In this document: positions 11,781-24,759 of the stretch, in pieces
How the letters are laid out: every line of letters begins with the position of its first letter
Position numbering within the stretch: the stretch's first letter is position 1
Made by a program: the position numbers and the translations under genes
NCBI RefSeq assembly: GCF_964213995.1
Contig: NW_027590137.1
Location: 62,001-126,000, forward strand
Reading direction: 5' to 3'
Length of the DNA: 64,000 bases
Source: Mustelus asterias
Taxonomy: Eukaryota
Notes under the pieces: model-generated
What the model was told of the DNA's origin: nothing
Seen by the model: the letters and a program-made list of their open reading frames with translations, nothing else
Database searches by the model: none

Positions 11781-14199
11781 ATTTCATTTTATACAACTTT
11801 GCTTCGTATGATTTATTGATATTAACATTTATTGACATTGTATTGGCCTTTTTGTCAACAAGGAATAAAATCTGTCCCAGAATTCAATGGGAAATTGAAT
11901 ACATTCAGACCGAGGATAATGAGCAGCTACCAGCAGCCTCTGCGCTTTATTGACAAGTAATCAACTCATTGTCACACAGAAAGTCCTGATACATAGCTGG
12001 AGTGTGCGATGATTTCCAAAGTGATGATATAAATGAAGCTATCTGTACTTCATGTGATTTTACTGATTCTTTAAATTCCGATTCATTATTACACTGTTTT
12101 GGGAAATAATGTAACACTTGGAGTTGTTCAGTGAGTCTCACAATATTTCTGTTGCCATATTATTTACTATTCAGCCCGTTATCTTCACTAATTTGGGCGA
12201 GGACATGTTGACTGATTTGTTGTACGTGAAAGAACCACATGTTTCAGATATTGCAATCCTCCCTCCTCAAACTAATCATGTTCCCTCTATCTATCTTGGA
12301 TATGAAGATTTAGCATCAGCAGAGAAATGAACCACCCGTGCCGCAGGAATATCTCGTCCTTCTCTTCGTTACTTACTCCCGAAAAACTGGGGCTGAATTT
12401 CACCCAGACCTCTGGAAGGATTGGAGGTATTAGACTGACAGAAATGGAATAAAGGAGCTGTTTCAATTTATGAACCCATCAAGCACAAATATGGGAATGT
12501 AGAACAGCATCTTTCAGTACCATCTATCAATGCATCCATCAGTCCACTCACTGATTCCTCAATCAAAATATCCCGGCATCCAACCCATACTCATACAACT
12601 ATCATTCATTCAACAGTCATTCATTCCTGCATCAACACGGTCATTCATTTATTGTTTGCGCAGATGGTGACGTAATATTAATTTATTTGGCAAGTGATCC
12701 TGAGGCCCAGGACACTGATGTGGGGACAGGGATTTAAGTCGGAGCATTGTAGCTAGTGGAATTCCAGTTCAATTCATAAATCTGGAATAGGTACTAATGG
12801 CGACCATAGGAAACCTCTCTGATTCCCCGATGAAGGAAATCTGCCATCACTACCTGGTCTCGCAAAGATGTGACTCCAGACGGACAGAAAAATGGCTGAC
12901 TCTTTAATATGTTCAGAACTGTCCTCGAAAACCAGTCGATTCAAGGAAATTTGGGACAGACAAAAAGTGCTGGTCTTTCCACCAGCTAAAACGTCCCATG
13001 GAAGGTTAAAGGGAAAGAAGACACAAACATACTTGTTCACGTATTACAGCATGTATCCTCTCTCTGAGTCATCTCTCAGTCGACCTGTAATTCTTTCTAT
13101 CCATCCATCACAACATCCTGATGTGTTGGAAAAAATCATCATTGTTATGAACAGGGTGCCAGAGAAACTGCATAAATTTCCTTTCATGAGAGAGGTGAAA
13201 AAATCATCTAGATTTACAACTTAAAAGTATTAAAGTGCCTCCAGCACTGTTGTTGGGTAGATTTGTTTACAAATAGGCCCCATTGACAATGTGAAGAGTT
13301 TGAAGTTGGCTTGCAGCCAAGCGGTCAGTACTGCGGAAACAGATCTTTGATTTACTGAGCAACAACGCCAGATGCTTCCGTAAATAACTTTGAACATTGG
13401 GCAGGGGGCTGGATTGCTGCGGGACAGATTAGCGTGAATGGACAAATGGGGATTCAGCCATTTAAACAATAAAAGTTTCATTATCACAAGAAGACACATT
13501 GTAAATTGTAATCATTCCAATCAAATGTTTTCATTCATGCTCTGTTATTTACGTGACTAAATAGTATCGCAAAACAATAAATTGACCAGTTGCTGTTTTA
13601 TTTGTATATCTTCCAAGTAAACGTCATTCCAATTCTGTTTATTAGCCACTTCATGAAATGCGAAACAGAGATGTTGATGGTCCCAATTCCCCAGTAAATT
13701 GAGATCAGTGCAATGGCAAAAAATGCAAAGAAGTAATTTGAAAAGAACATCATAACACTCCCCTGAAAAGCGGGGATTCCTTGAATATTCTGAAAGTTCG
13801 ACACCTCATTAAAACGGCAGCGTTTCTTATACCTGATTATCACCGTGTACTGCTGTACAGCATAATCTGATTTCCATTATTTAACAGTCCACCTCACAAT
13901 TGCCAATGAGCGGAGAAATGTTCAGTTTATAACCTGATTCAGTGGAAGATAAAACATTTCTTCTTGCGATAATGTATAACGTGTCGCAAAGTCCTGATAT
14001 CCTGCGTTCCCAAAACCAGTGAATATTAGACAGCCTATGGCCAATAGAGTGAACTGCAACGATTTGGATGCTGAAAGAGAACTTTAATGATCTCCGTGTC
14101 CGTTCCGATTCATTAACTTCTCTGTCAAAAGTCGATGTTAACTTTATGCTTCTCTGTTAAATCACTATTTGATTATCAGGCAGGCGGGATTCTTATTTT

Positions 14200-17100
14200 C
14201 ATAGAACATAGAACATAGAACATTACAGCGCAGAACAGGCCCTTCGGCCCACGATGTTGCACCGACCAGTTAAAAAAAAACTGTGACCCTCCAACCTAAA
14301 CCAATTTCTTTTCGTCCATGAACCTATCTACGGATCTCTTAAACGCCCCCAAACTAGGCGCATTTACTACTGATGCTGGCAGGGCATTCCAATCCCTCAC
14401 CACCCTCTGGGTAAAGAACCTACCCCTGACATCGGTTCTATAACTACCCCCCCTCAATTTAAAGCCATGCCCCCTCGTGCTGGATTTCTCCATCAGAGGA
14501 CAAAGGCTATCACTATCCACCCTATCTAAACCTCTAATCATCTTATATGTTTCAATAAGATCCCCTCTTAGCCGCCGCCTTTCCAGCGAAAACAATCCCA
14601 AATCCCTCAGCCTCTCCTCATAGGATCTCCCCTCCATACCAGGCAACATCCTGGTAAACCTCCTCTGCACCCTCTCCAAAGCCTCCACATCCTTCCTGTA
14701 ATGTGGGGACCAGAACTGCACACAGTACTCCAAGTGCGGCCGCACCAGAGTTGTGTACAGTTGCAACATAACGCTACGACTCCTAAATTCAATCCCCCTA
14801 CCAATAAACGCCAAGACACCATATGCCTTCTTAACAACCTTATCTACTTGATTCCCAACTTTCAGGGATCTATGCACACATACACCTAGATCCCTCTGCT
14901 CCTCCACACTATTCAAAGTCCTCCCGTTAGCCCTATACTCAACACAACTGTTATTCCTACCAAAGTGAATTACCTCACACTTCTCCGCATTAAACTCCAT
15001 CCGCCACCTCTCGGCCCAACTTTGCAACCTGTCTAAGTCTTCCTGCAGACTACGACACCCTTCCTCACTGTCTACCACACCACCGACTTTGGTGTCATCA
15101 GCAAATTTGCTAATCCACCCAACTATACCCTCATCCAGATCATTAATAAATATTACAAACAGCAGTGGCCCCAAAACAGATCCCTGAGGTACACCACTTG
15201 TAACCGCACTCCATGATGAATATTTACTATCAACCACCACCCTCTGTTTCCTATCCGCTAGCCAATTCCTGATCCAATTTCCTAGATCACCCCCAATCCC
15301 ATACATCTGCATTTTCTGCAGAAGCCTACCATGGATGGGATTTATCCAAGGATTCTCTGGGAGGCAAGAGAAGTGATTGCAGAGCCTCTGGCTCTGATCT
15401 TCAGGTCGTCGTTGGCCTCTGGTATAGTACCAGAAGATTGGAGGTTAGCGAATGTTGTCCCATTGTTTAAGAAGGGGAACAGAGACTTCCCCGGGAATTA
15501 TAGACCGGTGAGTCTCACTTCTGTTGTCGGCAAGATGTTGGAAAAAATTATAAGGGATAGGATTTATAGTTATTTGGAGAGTAATGAATTGATAGGTGAT
15601 AGTCAGCATGGTTTTGTGGCAGGTAGGTCGTGCCTTACTAACCTTATTGAGTTTTTTGAGAAAGTGACCAAGGAGGTGGATGGGGGCAAGGCAGTGGACG
15701 TGGTATATATGGATTTTAGTAAGGCGTTTGATAAGGTTCACCATGGTAGGCTTCTGCAGAAAATGCAGATGTATGGGATTGGGGGTGATCTAGGAAATTG
15801 GATCAGGAATTGGCTAGCGGATAGGAAACAGAGGGTGGTGGTTGATAGTAAATATTCATCATGGAGTGCGGTTACAAGTGGTGTACCTCAGGGATCTGTT
15901 TTGGGGCCACTGCTGTTTGTAATATTTATTAATGATCTGGATGAGGGTATAGTTGGGTGGATTAGCAAATTTGCTGATGACACCAAAGTCGGTGGTGTGG
16001 TAGACAGTGAGGAAGGGTGTCGTAGTCTGCAGGAAGACTTAGACAGGTTGCAAAGTTGGGCCGAGAGGTGGCGGATGGAGTTTAATGCGGAGAAGTGTGA
16101 GGTAATTCACTTTGGTAGGAATAACAGATGTGTTGAGTATAGGGCTAACGGGAGGACTTTGAATAGTGTGGAGGAGCAGAGGGATCTAGGTGTATGTGTG
16201 CATAGATCCCTGAAAGTTGGGAATCAAGTAGATATGGTTGTTAAGAAGGCATATGGTGTCTTGGCGTTTATTGGTAGGGGGATTGAATTTAGGAGTCGTA
16301 GCGTTATGTTGCAACTGTACACAACTCTGGTGCGGCCGCACTTGGAGTACTGTGTGCAGTTCTGGTCCCCACATTACAGGAAGGATGTGGAGGCTTTGGA
16401 GAGGGTGCAGAGGAGGTTTACCAGGATGTTGCCTGGTATGGAGGGGAGATCCTATGAGGAGAGGCTGAGGGATTTGGGATTGTTTTAGCTGGAAAGGCGG
16501 CGGCTAAGAGGGGATCTTATTGAAACATATAAGATGATTAGAGGTTTAGATAGGGTGGATAGTGATAGCCTTTTTCCTCTGATGGAGAAATCCAGCACGA
16601 GGGGGCATGGCTTTAAATTGAGGGGGGGTAGTTATAGAACCGATGTCAGGGGTAGGTTCTTTACCCAGAGGGTGGTGAGGGATTGGAATGCCCTGCCAGC
16701 ATCAGTAGTAAATGCGCCTAGTTTGGGGGCGTTTAAGAGATCCGTAGATAGGTTCATGGACGAAAAGAAATTGGTTTAGGTTGGAGGGTCACAGTTTTTT
16801 TTTTTAACTGGTCGGTGCAACATCGTGGGCCGAAGGGCCTGTTCTGCGCTGTAATGTTCTATGTTCTATGTTCTATGGTGAACCTTATCAAACGCCTTAC
16901 TAAAATCCATATATACCACGTCCACTGCCTTGCCCCCATCCACCTCCTTGGTCACTTTCTCAAAAAACTCAATAAGGTTAGTAAGGCACGACCTACCTGC
17001 CACAAAACCATGCTGACTATCACCTATCAATTCATTACTCTCCAAATAACTATAAATCCTATCCCTTATAATTTTTTCCAACATCTTGCCGACAACAGAA

Positions 17101-17991
17101 GTGAGACTCACCGGTCTATAATTCCCGGGGAAGTCTCTGTTCCCCTTCTTAAACAATGGGACAACATTCGCTAACCTCCAATCTTCTGGTACTATACCAG
17201 AGGCCAACGACGACCTGAAGATCAGAGCCAGAGGCTCTGCAATCACTTCTCTTGCCTCCCAGAGAATCCTTGGATAAATCCCATCCGGACCAGGGGATTT
17301 ATCTATTTTCAGACCCTCCAGAATATCCTGCACATCCTCCTTATCAACTGTAATACTGTCTATTCTACTCCCTTGCAACCCAGTGTCCTCCTCAGCTATA
17401 TTCATGTCCCCTTGCGTGAACACCGAAGAGAAATATTGGTTCAATGCTTCACCAATCTCCTCCGGTTCCACACATAACTTCCCTCTGCCATCTATAACTG
17501 GCCCTAAACTTGCCCTAACCAACCTTCTGTTCTTGACATACCTATAGAACGCCTTAGGATTCTCTTTAACCCTATCCGCCAAAGTCTTCTCATGTCCCCT
17601 TTTAGCCCTTCTAAGCTCGCTCTTCAACTCCCTCTTAGCCAATCTAAAGCTTTCTAGTGCACTACCCGAGTGCTCACGTCTCATCCGAACATAAGCCTCC
17701 TTTTTCTTTTTAACCAACAAAGAAACTTTTTTGGTGCACCACGGTTCCCTAGCCCTACCAATTCCTCCTTGCCTGACAGGGACATACCTATCACAGACTC
17801 GCAGTAGCTGCTCCTTGAAAAAACTCCACATGTCGGACGTTCCCAGTCCCTGTAATCTCCTAGTCCAACCTATGTTTCCTAATTCTCTCCTAATAGCCTC
17901 ATAATTACCCTTCCCCCAGCTAAAACCACTGGCCCGAGGTTCATGCCTATCCCTTTCCATCACTAAGGTGAACGTAACCGAATTGTGGTCA
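14200..17991 (-). mobile_element. Young 5'-truncated CR1 LINE (copy A), split at 15334/16875
   Basis: ORFs 16866..18077 and 14296..15312 join at DKVHH|GRLLQK into continuous ORF2 with FADD RT motif; (CATAGAA)n tail at 14200. Confidence 0.95.
15335..16877 (+). mobile_element. Young CR1 LINE (copy B) nested antisense in copy A
   Basis: ORFs 15331..16488 and 16534..16779 with one premature TAG; (TTCTATG)n tail; ATGG duplicated at 15331-15334 and 16875-16878. Confidence 0.95.
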
Positions 17992-18563
17992 GAACTGTCT
18001 TCGAGATTGGGGCAGTTTGACAAATATAAGGAGAAACATTGTATTGGGTGAGATTTTATTCTCATCTCCAAACCCAAATTTTACAGTGATAGCAATCCAC
18101 ACTGTAAATAGAATCACTCTGTTCATCCCCCACATTTAGTTACAGAAATCGATAACAAATCTTCCGATAAATTATGTTTCATTATTGTAATGTGACAGAG
18201 ACCCGGAATTGTTGCAACACAGACTGACGGTCTCTTTATTTTCCGAAAATGTTATTTCATCATTTTTAGATTTGTGTTCTTGTTAGGGGCGTGGTCATAA
18301 AAGCAGCATATTTGCAATGAAATTATTTTTTAAAATAAAGAGATGAGCTGCAATATCACCATTAGAAATAATGGAGACAATACAATGAATATATTCAGCC
18401 GCACAAATATCCCGACACAGATAAAATGCCAATTTCACTATTAACCTATTGTCAATCTGGAAGTCCATTCTGTTGAGGTGTGGAAGGTGGGACCTGGATC
18501 CAGTCGCCGCCTCCAGCAGGGAATCAACAGGCGGCGCCTGGAAAGCCACCCCCTTCTGCCGGG

Positions 18564-18572
18564 TATTTAAAT
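18564..18572 (+). promoter_or_regulatory. Candidate TATA-like box of the VH promoter
   Basis: TATTTAAAT ~90 nt upstream of the leader ATG. Confidence 0.45.
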
Positions 18573-18662
18573 GCCGTTCACTGGGACCGGAATCCAACAG
18601 TCCGGGAGGTGGTTTGTTCACTGAGTTCCTGACACAACCATTTCCCCCAAATCACCAGAAGG

Positions 18663-18708
18663 ATGAGTTCGGTGATTTCTCTCAGTTTGTTGCTGACTTT
18701 CTTATCCG
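18663..18708 (+). CDS. IGHV: IgM heavy chain leader exon
   Basis: MSSVISLSLLLTFLS(G), phase-1 donor GTGAGT at 18709. Confidence 0.92.
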
Positions 18709-18848
18709 GTGAGTAGTTTTTTTATTGTCCAAGTCTCTCGCTCTCACTGTTTCAGCGTTAGTTTATCTCTGAAATGTCACCAATCATCTCAGAGTCAGCA
18801 ATCATTTCACCAGAATTAATCGTCGGGGTTTTTGATATGTGTTTACAG

Positions 18849-19178
18849 GTGTCCAGTCGGAGATTGTGTTGACTCAGCCAGAGGCAGAGACTGGGCATCC
18901 CGGATACTCCCTGAGACTGACCTGTAAAACCAACGGCTTCAAGCTTGGCAGCGCGTACATGCACTGGGTCCGACAGGTTCCCGGACAGGGGCTGGAGTGG
19001 TTGGTTTACTACTATAGTTCATCAAGCAACAACTACGCCCCAGCAATTAAGAATCGATTTACTGCGTCCAAAGACACTTCAAACAATATCTTCGTTTTGG
19101 ACATGACGAACCTGAAGACTGAAGACACCGCCATCTATTACTGTGCATTGGACGTATACAGCAGTATACCTGGGACCG
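18849..19178 (+). CDS. IGHV: IgM VH exon fused to D-derived sequence (germline-joined VD/VDD)
   Basis: Acceptor TTTACAG; VQS|[37 protein letters not shown] then [10 protein letters not shown] in frame; no 23-RSS after YYC. Confidence 0.95.
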
Positions 19179-19206
19179 CACAGCAGTTACTGTCAATACA
19201 AAAATC
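19179..19206 (+). promoter_or_regulatory. 12-spacer RSS (3' of D type)
   Basis: CACAGCA + 12 nt GTTACTGTCAAT + ACAAAAATC. Confidence 0.9.
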
Positions 19207-19537
19207 CCTCAGCACTAATTGGCCCAGGCTGGGTCAGTGCTCTGTTTTACAATCCAAAAATATTTGCAGTGCTGTATTATTTATGTCCAACTCTGCACAA
19301 GTAGCGAGAATTAGGATGGAAAATTTATGAAAACTATTCAATTATCAGCTGGCGTTTTCAATAAAATGTCCATTTGATGCTTTGTGATATATAAAACTTT
19401 CGGGTCAATTATGAAGAGCGAACGGTCTCCACAAATACAATAATAATTTCATGGAAATTAATTGACTTTGCTTTTCCTCTGGTTTGTGAATATTTAAAAT
19501 AATGGTGGCTTTTCTGTCTATTTTTTTTTGCAGGGAC

Positions 19538-19576
19538 GGTTATTGTATGACCCAGCCAAGGGAATGTGACACTGTG
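19538..19576 (-). promoter_or_regulatory. 23-spacer RSS of JH
   Basis: GGTTATTGT + 23 nt + CACTGTG directly 5' of J. Confidence 0.93.
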
Positions 19577-19624
19577 ACTACTTTGACGACTGGGGACAAG
19601 GGACCATGGTGACGGTGACTGCAG
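19577..19624 (+). CDS. IGHJ: JH segment
   Basis: YFDDWGQGTMVTVTA, phase-1 donor GTAAGA. Confidence 0.96.
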
Positions 19625-19899
19625 GTAAGAATCAGATAATTATTTAGTTCCTGTTTTACTTGAGCTTTTGTTTTATTTTTTTATCGATTTTATTAATTTA
19701 TTCGTTCATTGAAATGTGGTTTGGTGGATTCTGTGCTGAAAATCTTTACAATGTTTCATATGATTCTGCATAAAATGGGGATGAGAGAATTCTACTGTTA
19801 ATTGACAAACGGTGATGCTGAGTGATTCGGTCTCTTGTTGTTGTGATTTTGTGTTTATCTGCTGAGGACATTGTGTGGCTGGGTTACTTTGCATGCCTA

Positions 19900-22800
19900 C
19901 CTTTTGTTAAACAGTTCGGTGTTTCTGCAATGTTTAATCTCGGTGATCTTCTGGCTGGGAGTTGCACCATCTACTGCACAAGTATTTGAAATCTAACCCA
20001 ATATCTACAAAACGTGCTAATGTTTCTGCTTTAATGTTTTGAACATGTTCCACTAAATCACAGTCTGGTTTTGTTATGTCATTGTTGTGCTCATTTTAAT
20101 TATTAGTTACTTTGGTGATGGGCGGATTGGCTGGATTTTAAATTGAGATTTTCTGCCAATGTGAAATTTGATTCTGTTGAAACTGTTTGTAGAATTGAAC
20201 TGCTTCTGCATGAACCGGGGTTCAGTCCCTCAGTGGTGCGTTTTTTTGGTGAGGAGGTTGTCTGTCTGGGTGACTTTGAACAAGTAAAATTTGTGAAATG
20301 GTTTGACAATTCTGCATTGTTTACACTCGGTGACACTGAGTTGCTACACGCTTTGTGATTGAATACAAACATTCTGCGAGTTTTAAACTACTTGTCACAT
20401 GACTGTCCAAAGATGTGCGGGTTAGGTTGATTGGCCATGCTAAAATTGCCCTTAGCGTCCTGGGATGTGTAGGTTAGAGGGATTAGTGGGTAAATATGTA
20501 AGGATATGGGGATAGGGCCTGGGTGGGATTGTGGTCGGTGCAGACTCGATGGGCCGAATGGCCTCTTTCTGTGCTGTAGGGTTTCTAAGATTTCTAAGAT
20601 TCTAAGATGACTGCTGACAGAAATTAGCCAGGTTTTATTGCATTTGTATTCTTTAAAATCGTAAGTGATTTAAGCAGATGAGCAGGTTAAACTAAATCAC
20701 GGTTTACGCCATTTGTCCAGAACATAGTTTGCCACTGCTTCCACAATTTGCGTTACCTGAAATGTTTAATCTCAGTGGCATCTGATGGCGGCAGCTTCTA
20801 CCATCCAAATGTTTAAATATGTTTGAAATCTGTTTGAAATATGATCCAATATGAATAGAATGTGGTAAAGTTTCAATATTAATTTTTTGGACAAATGTTA
20901 TTGCTCTTATTCCAGATATCTGTTTAGTTTAGTAATTCATACATTTGGTGACGAGCTGGTTTGCTGGATTCGATATTGAGATTTTATTGCAATGATATTT
21001 TTGATTTTGTTGAATGGAAATTGAGCTGCGTCTCCGTGAAATAGATTCATTCCCTCATTGATGCGTTTTGGTGTGTTTTCTTTTGAGGAGGTTCTGTGGT
21101 TGCGTCACTATGAATGTTCAAAATATGTGAAATGGTTTGGTGTTTCGGCATTGTTTCTGTATTGTTTAAACTCGGTGGCACTGAGCGGTTACACGTTTTC
21201 TGGTTGAATGCAAACAATCTATGAGTTTGAGAATTCTTCAAGGGAGAAAACAAGCAGGTTGTGGAAGAAATAAAATAAAGATATCACAGCATTTTTAGAA
21301 ATTTTAACTAACGTTTACAAATTAAAGTAAATCATGACATACAATGTTCAATCGGACACTAAGTCGTTGCTGCAATCACAAACTTCTCATTAACAAGTTT
21401 GATAGTAAAATTAATATAAATCAAGCAATTATTAATCGGTAATATAACTCCATATTCACCAAAGATTATTTCACATTAGTATTTCGCATTATTTGGATTT
21501 AATAGTTCTGCTGGGCTTTGCACACAATTAACATGGCCAGAAAAGTTTCTAGGCTGGAAATATTTTGTGATAATTCTAGAAACTATTTCAATGATAACAT
21601 ACTGTTTCCACAGCAGTGTTCAGTGTAACAAGATACTTTGCATTAATCGTTATCTCCCTGATTAAGTTCGCAATCACTTGAATATGGGTTTTGGAGAACA
21701 ACACACTGCTATTTCGCAATTTATATATCCGATTATTAGATTCTTTCTGTGCAGGCGCAACCACATATTCCTTCCAAGTAATTTGTGATTGGATACCGAA
21801 ATAATTAGTCACGAATCTCATTTAAAAATTTGTGAAATTGTTTAGAGTTTCTCAATTGTTTCTGTATTGTTTAAACGCAGTGATACTGAGCAGTTACCCT
21901 TTTTCTGGCTAAATAAATAAACAAACTACGTTTGTAAATTCTTGTAAGAAAAAAGCAAACATGTTTCGGAAAAATAAAATAAATATATGTTAAAGCATTT
22001 TATTAATGTTAACTGATGCTTGCATATTAAAGTAAATATGGATTACAATTCTTACTGTGTCACTGTATCTCTGTTAGGGACATTACACTACCCTGAATCT
22101 GTTATATTTGATGTGCTCATTTTCCGAAAAGATACATTTTTTGCCCAGTTTTCGAGATTTGCGACAGTCAGGGAGAGAATATTAAAAGTCGAAGGGAGTT
22201 TTGAAATGAATATTAGCTTAATTTAAAATAAGTTATTGATTTTTTGTTGTTGTAATTTGACCATTGATAAATTAGAATCAAATAGCTTGAATAAATGTGA
22301 CAGAGTGAACACATGTTTTCTGACAGGTAAATTCGCTAACATCAAGTAATTGTTCATATAATTGTATTTGAATTGTAGTAAAGTGTCAACAGAAACTGGC
22401 TAAAGATTGACAAGTAAATGCTTGAAATTACAAAAGATTATTTTTATAAAAGTATTATAATGATATTATAAATATTGTAAAAATAATTTTTGCGCTGCAC
22501 TTAACAATAACACCTTGTCTCCCATTACTGCTGAACACAGAATAGAATTATGGGATGAATCAGTGACAGAATAGAAGAATTATTTCTCTCTGAACCTTAT
22601 GTTTAATTATTACTAAATATTATACTGAAGAAAAGGTCTGGACTTATTTTGTGCATCATGTTTCAGTGTTGCAGAGGATTTGAATCAATTGCCCTCATTG
22701 TGTTTTTCACTGTTTAATTCAGATCTTCGAAAATTAAACAATATGTTCAGTAATTAAATTATATGGATGGTCCACATTATTAAATCTAGGAAGCAGTTTC

Positions 22801-23665
22801 ACTTATCTCAAACTGCCAGGCCGTTACAGTATATACAAATTGAGAAGCATGCATTCTTAACACGTTTGTAGGTTATAATAAGGCATTTGGAGTAAAAATG
22901 GAAATGAGAAACATTACAATGTGATTCGATTTAAGCAAATGAATTACAGATGTCTGAATCTTTCCATTCAGTCATTTGAAGTTTATTGTTTAAGATTTAA
23001 TTGGAAACTAATTACTGAACAATGTTCGAGGCAAAGGCAAGTTCTCAGTGATTGAAAACTGATTATATTGCAGAGCACAAATCAGCTGACAAGAGACCTA
23101 ACTGGCAATTAACAATAACTTAAAATATAATATTGGTGCTAATTAATTCAAAACAAACGACCCTGAATTGTGCACTGACGTGCAAAATATCATCCGTTTT
23201 AGAGAATATTTAATTATATCGGAAGTGAATTCAGAAACAAAACATTTCTTTAATCAGCTATGCTTAGCTCGATAAAGTGTTTTGCCTCGAATGTATTGCT
23301 GATTACATTCAATTAAGAAATTAGATCAAATCAGGTAATGATTTTCAATGTAAATGTTTCTTGGTTTGTTTAATTCTTACTGTATCACTGTATCTCTGTC
23401 AGGGACATTGAATTGTTACTGTGTCACTGTATCTCTGTTAGGGACATTGAACTGTCCTGAATCTGTTATTTTTGATTGATTATTTTCAGCGAATTTACAT
23501 TTTAACATAGTTTTCGAGAAGTGAGACAGAGGAAAAATTAAAAGGCGAAAGGAGTTTTGAAATGAATATCAGTTTAATTTAAAATAGGTTTTTGTCTGTT
23601 GTTGTAAGTTGACCGTTGATCAATTAGAATCAAACAGTTTGAATGAAATTGGCAGAGTGAACAGA
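19900..23665 (+). repeat. Old local duplications in the 5' J-C intron
   Basis: ~19920-20390 ~ 20755-21240; ~20285-20390 ~ 21120-21320 ~ 21825-22030; 22045-22310 ~ 23372-23665 with a ~38-bp tandem copy. Confidence 0.75.
20403..20608 (+). mobile_element. HE1 SINE 3' fragment
   Basis: GTCCAAAGATGTGCGGGTTAGG..(TTCTAAGA)n tail. Confidence 0.85.
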
Positions 23666-24759
23666 TCTATCTGCTGTGCACTCGATTGTTGCACCATTTG
23701 TGTCTGTTCTGTTTCTGTGCGCGTGGTCACCGTGTTTGAGACCAGGGATCTGCCTGACTGGTTGTAAATCTTCTGGTTCCTTCTCCTGTATTTCAGGGAG
23801 TGAAATTTGATTTATTTTTTCAATAAACTTGTACCTGTGAGAAATGTGACAAGCTGATTTAATGTTTGACTCGGCGTCTCAGAAATGAGATCCCTAAAGC
23901 ACAATGTGACCGCCAGAAACAGCAGAAACTTCAGACAGACTGTAGAAAGAGATTTGGTTGACTTTTAACCAGTGATGTACCGGCCTTGGGATGTTCGATG
24001 AGCAAATGGAAAGGGAGATTTACTATATTGTACTCCGTACTATAACAGCCCCTGACCTGCTTAGTATGACAGTTGGAGGGTTCAATTCGTTTGCATCTTA
24101 GTTTTAATCTTCTGAAAGCATTTTAGAGCCATTTGCTCGGCAAGAATTTTTAATTTCCCCTAATTGCTCCTTGAGAAAGTGTTGACATGAAAAACTGCAG
24201 TCCATGCCCTGCAGACATCCGCCGTGTTGTTAGGCAGAAAGTTCCAGGATTTTGATCCAACAACTGTGACGGAACTGAGATATTGTTTCAAGTCAGGATG
24301 GCGTGTGCCTTGGAGGGGAGCTTGCAGGTGGTCGTGTTTATATGTGGCTGGCTGCTGCCCTTGTCCTGCTAGGATGTAAAGGCAGCGGGTTTGGACAGTG
24401 TTTTCTGTGGCGTCTTGGTGAGTTGTTGCAGTGCATCTTGCATATAATGCACACTATTGTCACTGCTTGTTAGTGAAGGGGAGAGTGAAAGGAATGAATG
24501 ATGGGGCGGGTAATCTTGTGCGTCGCTTTGTCGTGGATTATTTCAAATTTCTAGAGTTTTTACAAGTTTCGCTCTTTGAGGCAATTGGAAATTATTCAAT
24601 TAGAATTGACTTGTGAAAGATTTAAATGTTTTTCCAACCCTTGGCCCGTGGTCCGTATTGTGTTCACTTGTCACTCCCACTTACTGCGAGAGTGATTGAG
24701 GCTGAGAGTGGAATGTGAGGGTAAGGCTGACTTTTGAGACCGATTCAGCCAGATAGAGA

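Noticed and set aside
18308-18320. Octamer-like ATTTGCAA upstream of VH
   Set aside because: One mismatch, far from the TATA, in AT-rich DNA; not significant.
19510-19576. Polypyrimidine/CAG acceptor at 19533 allowing VDD-to-J splicing without RAG
   Set aside because: TGA at 19567-19569 is in the J frame, so no productive protein.
22050-23460. Repeated CACTGTA as extra JH RSSs
   Set aside because: No nonamer and no WGxG downstream; part of a local duplication.
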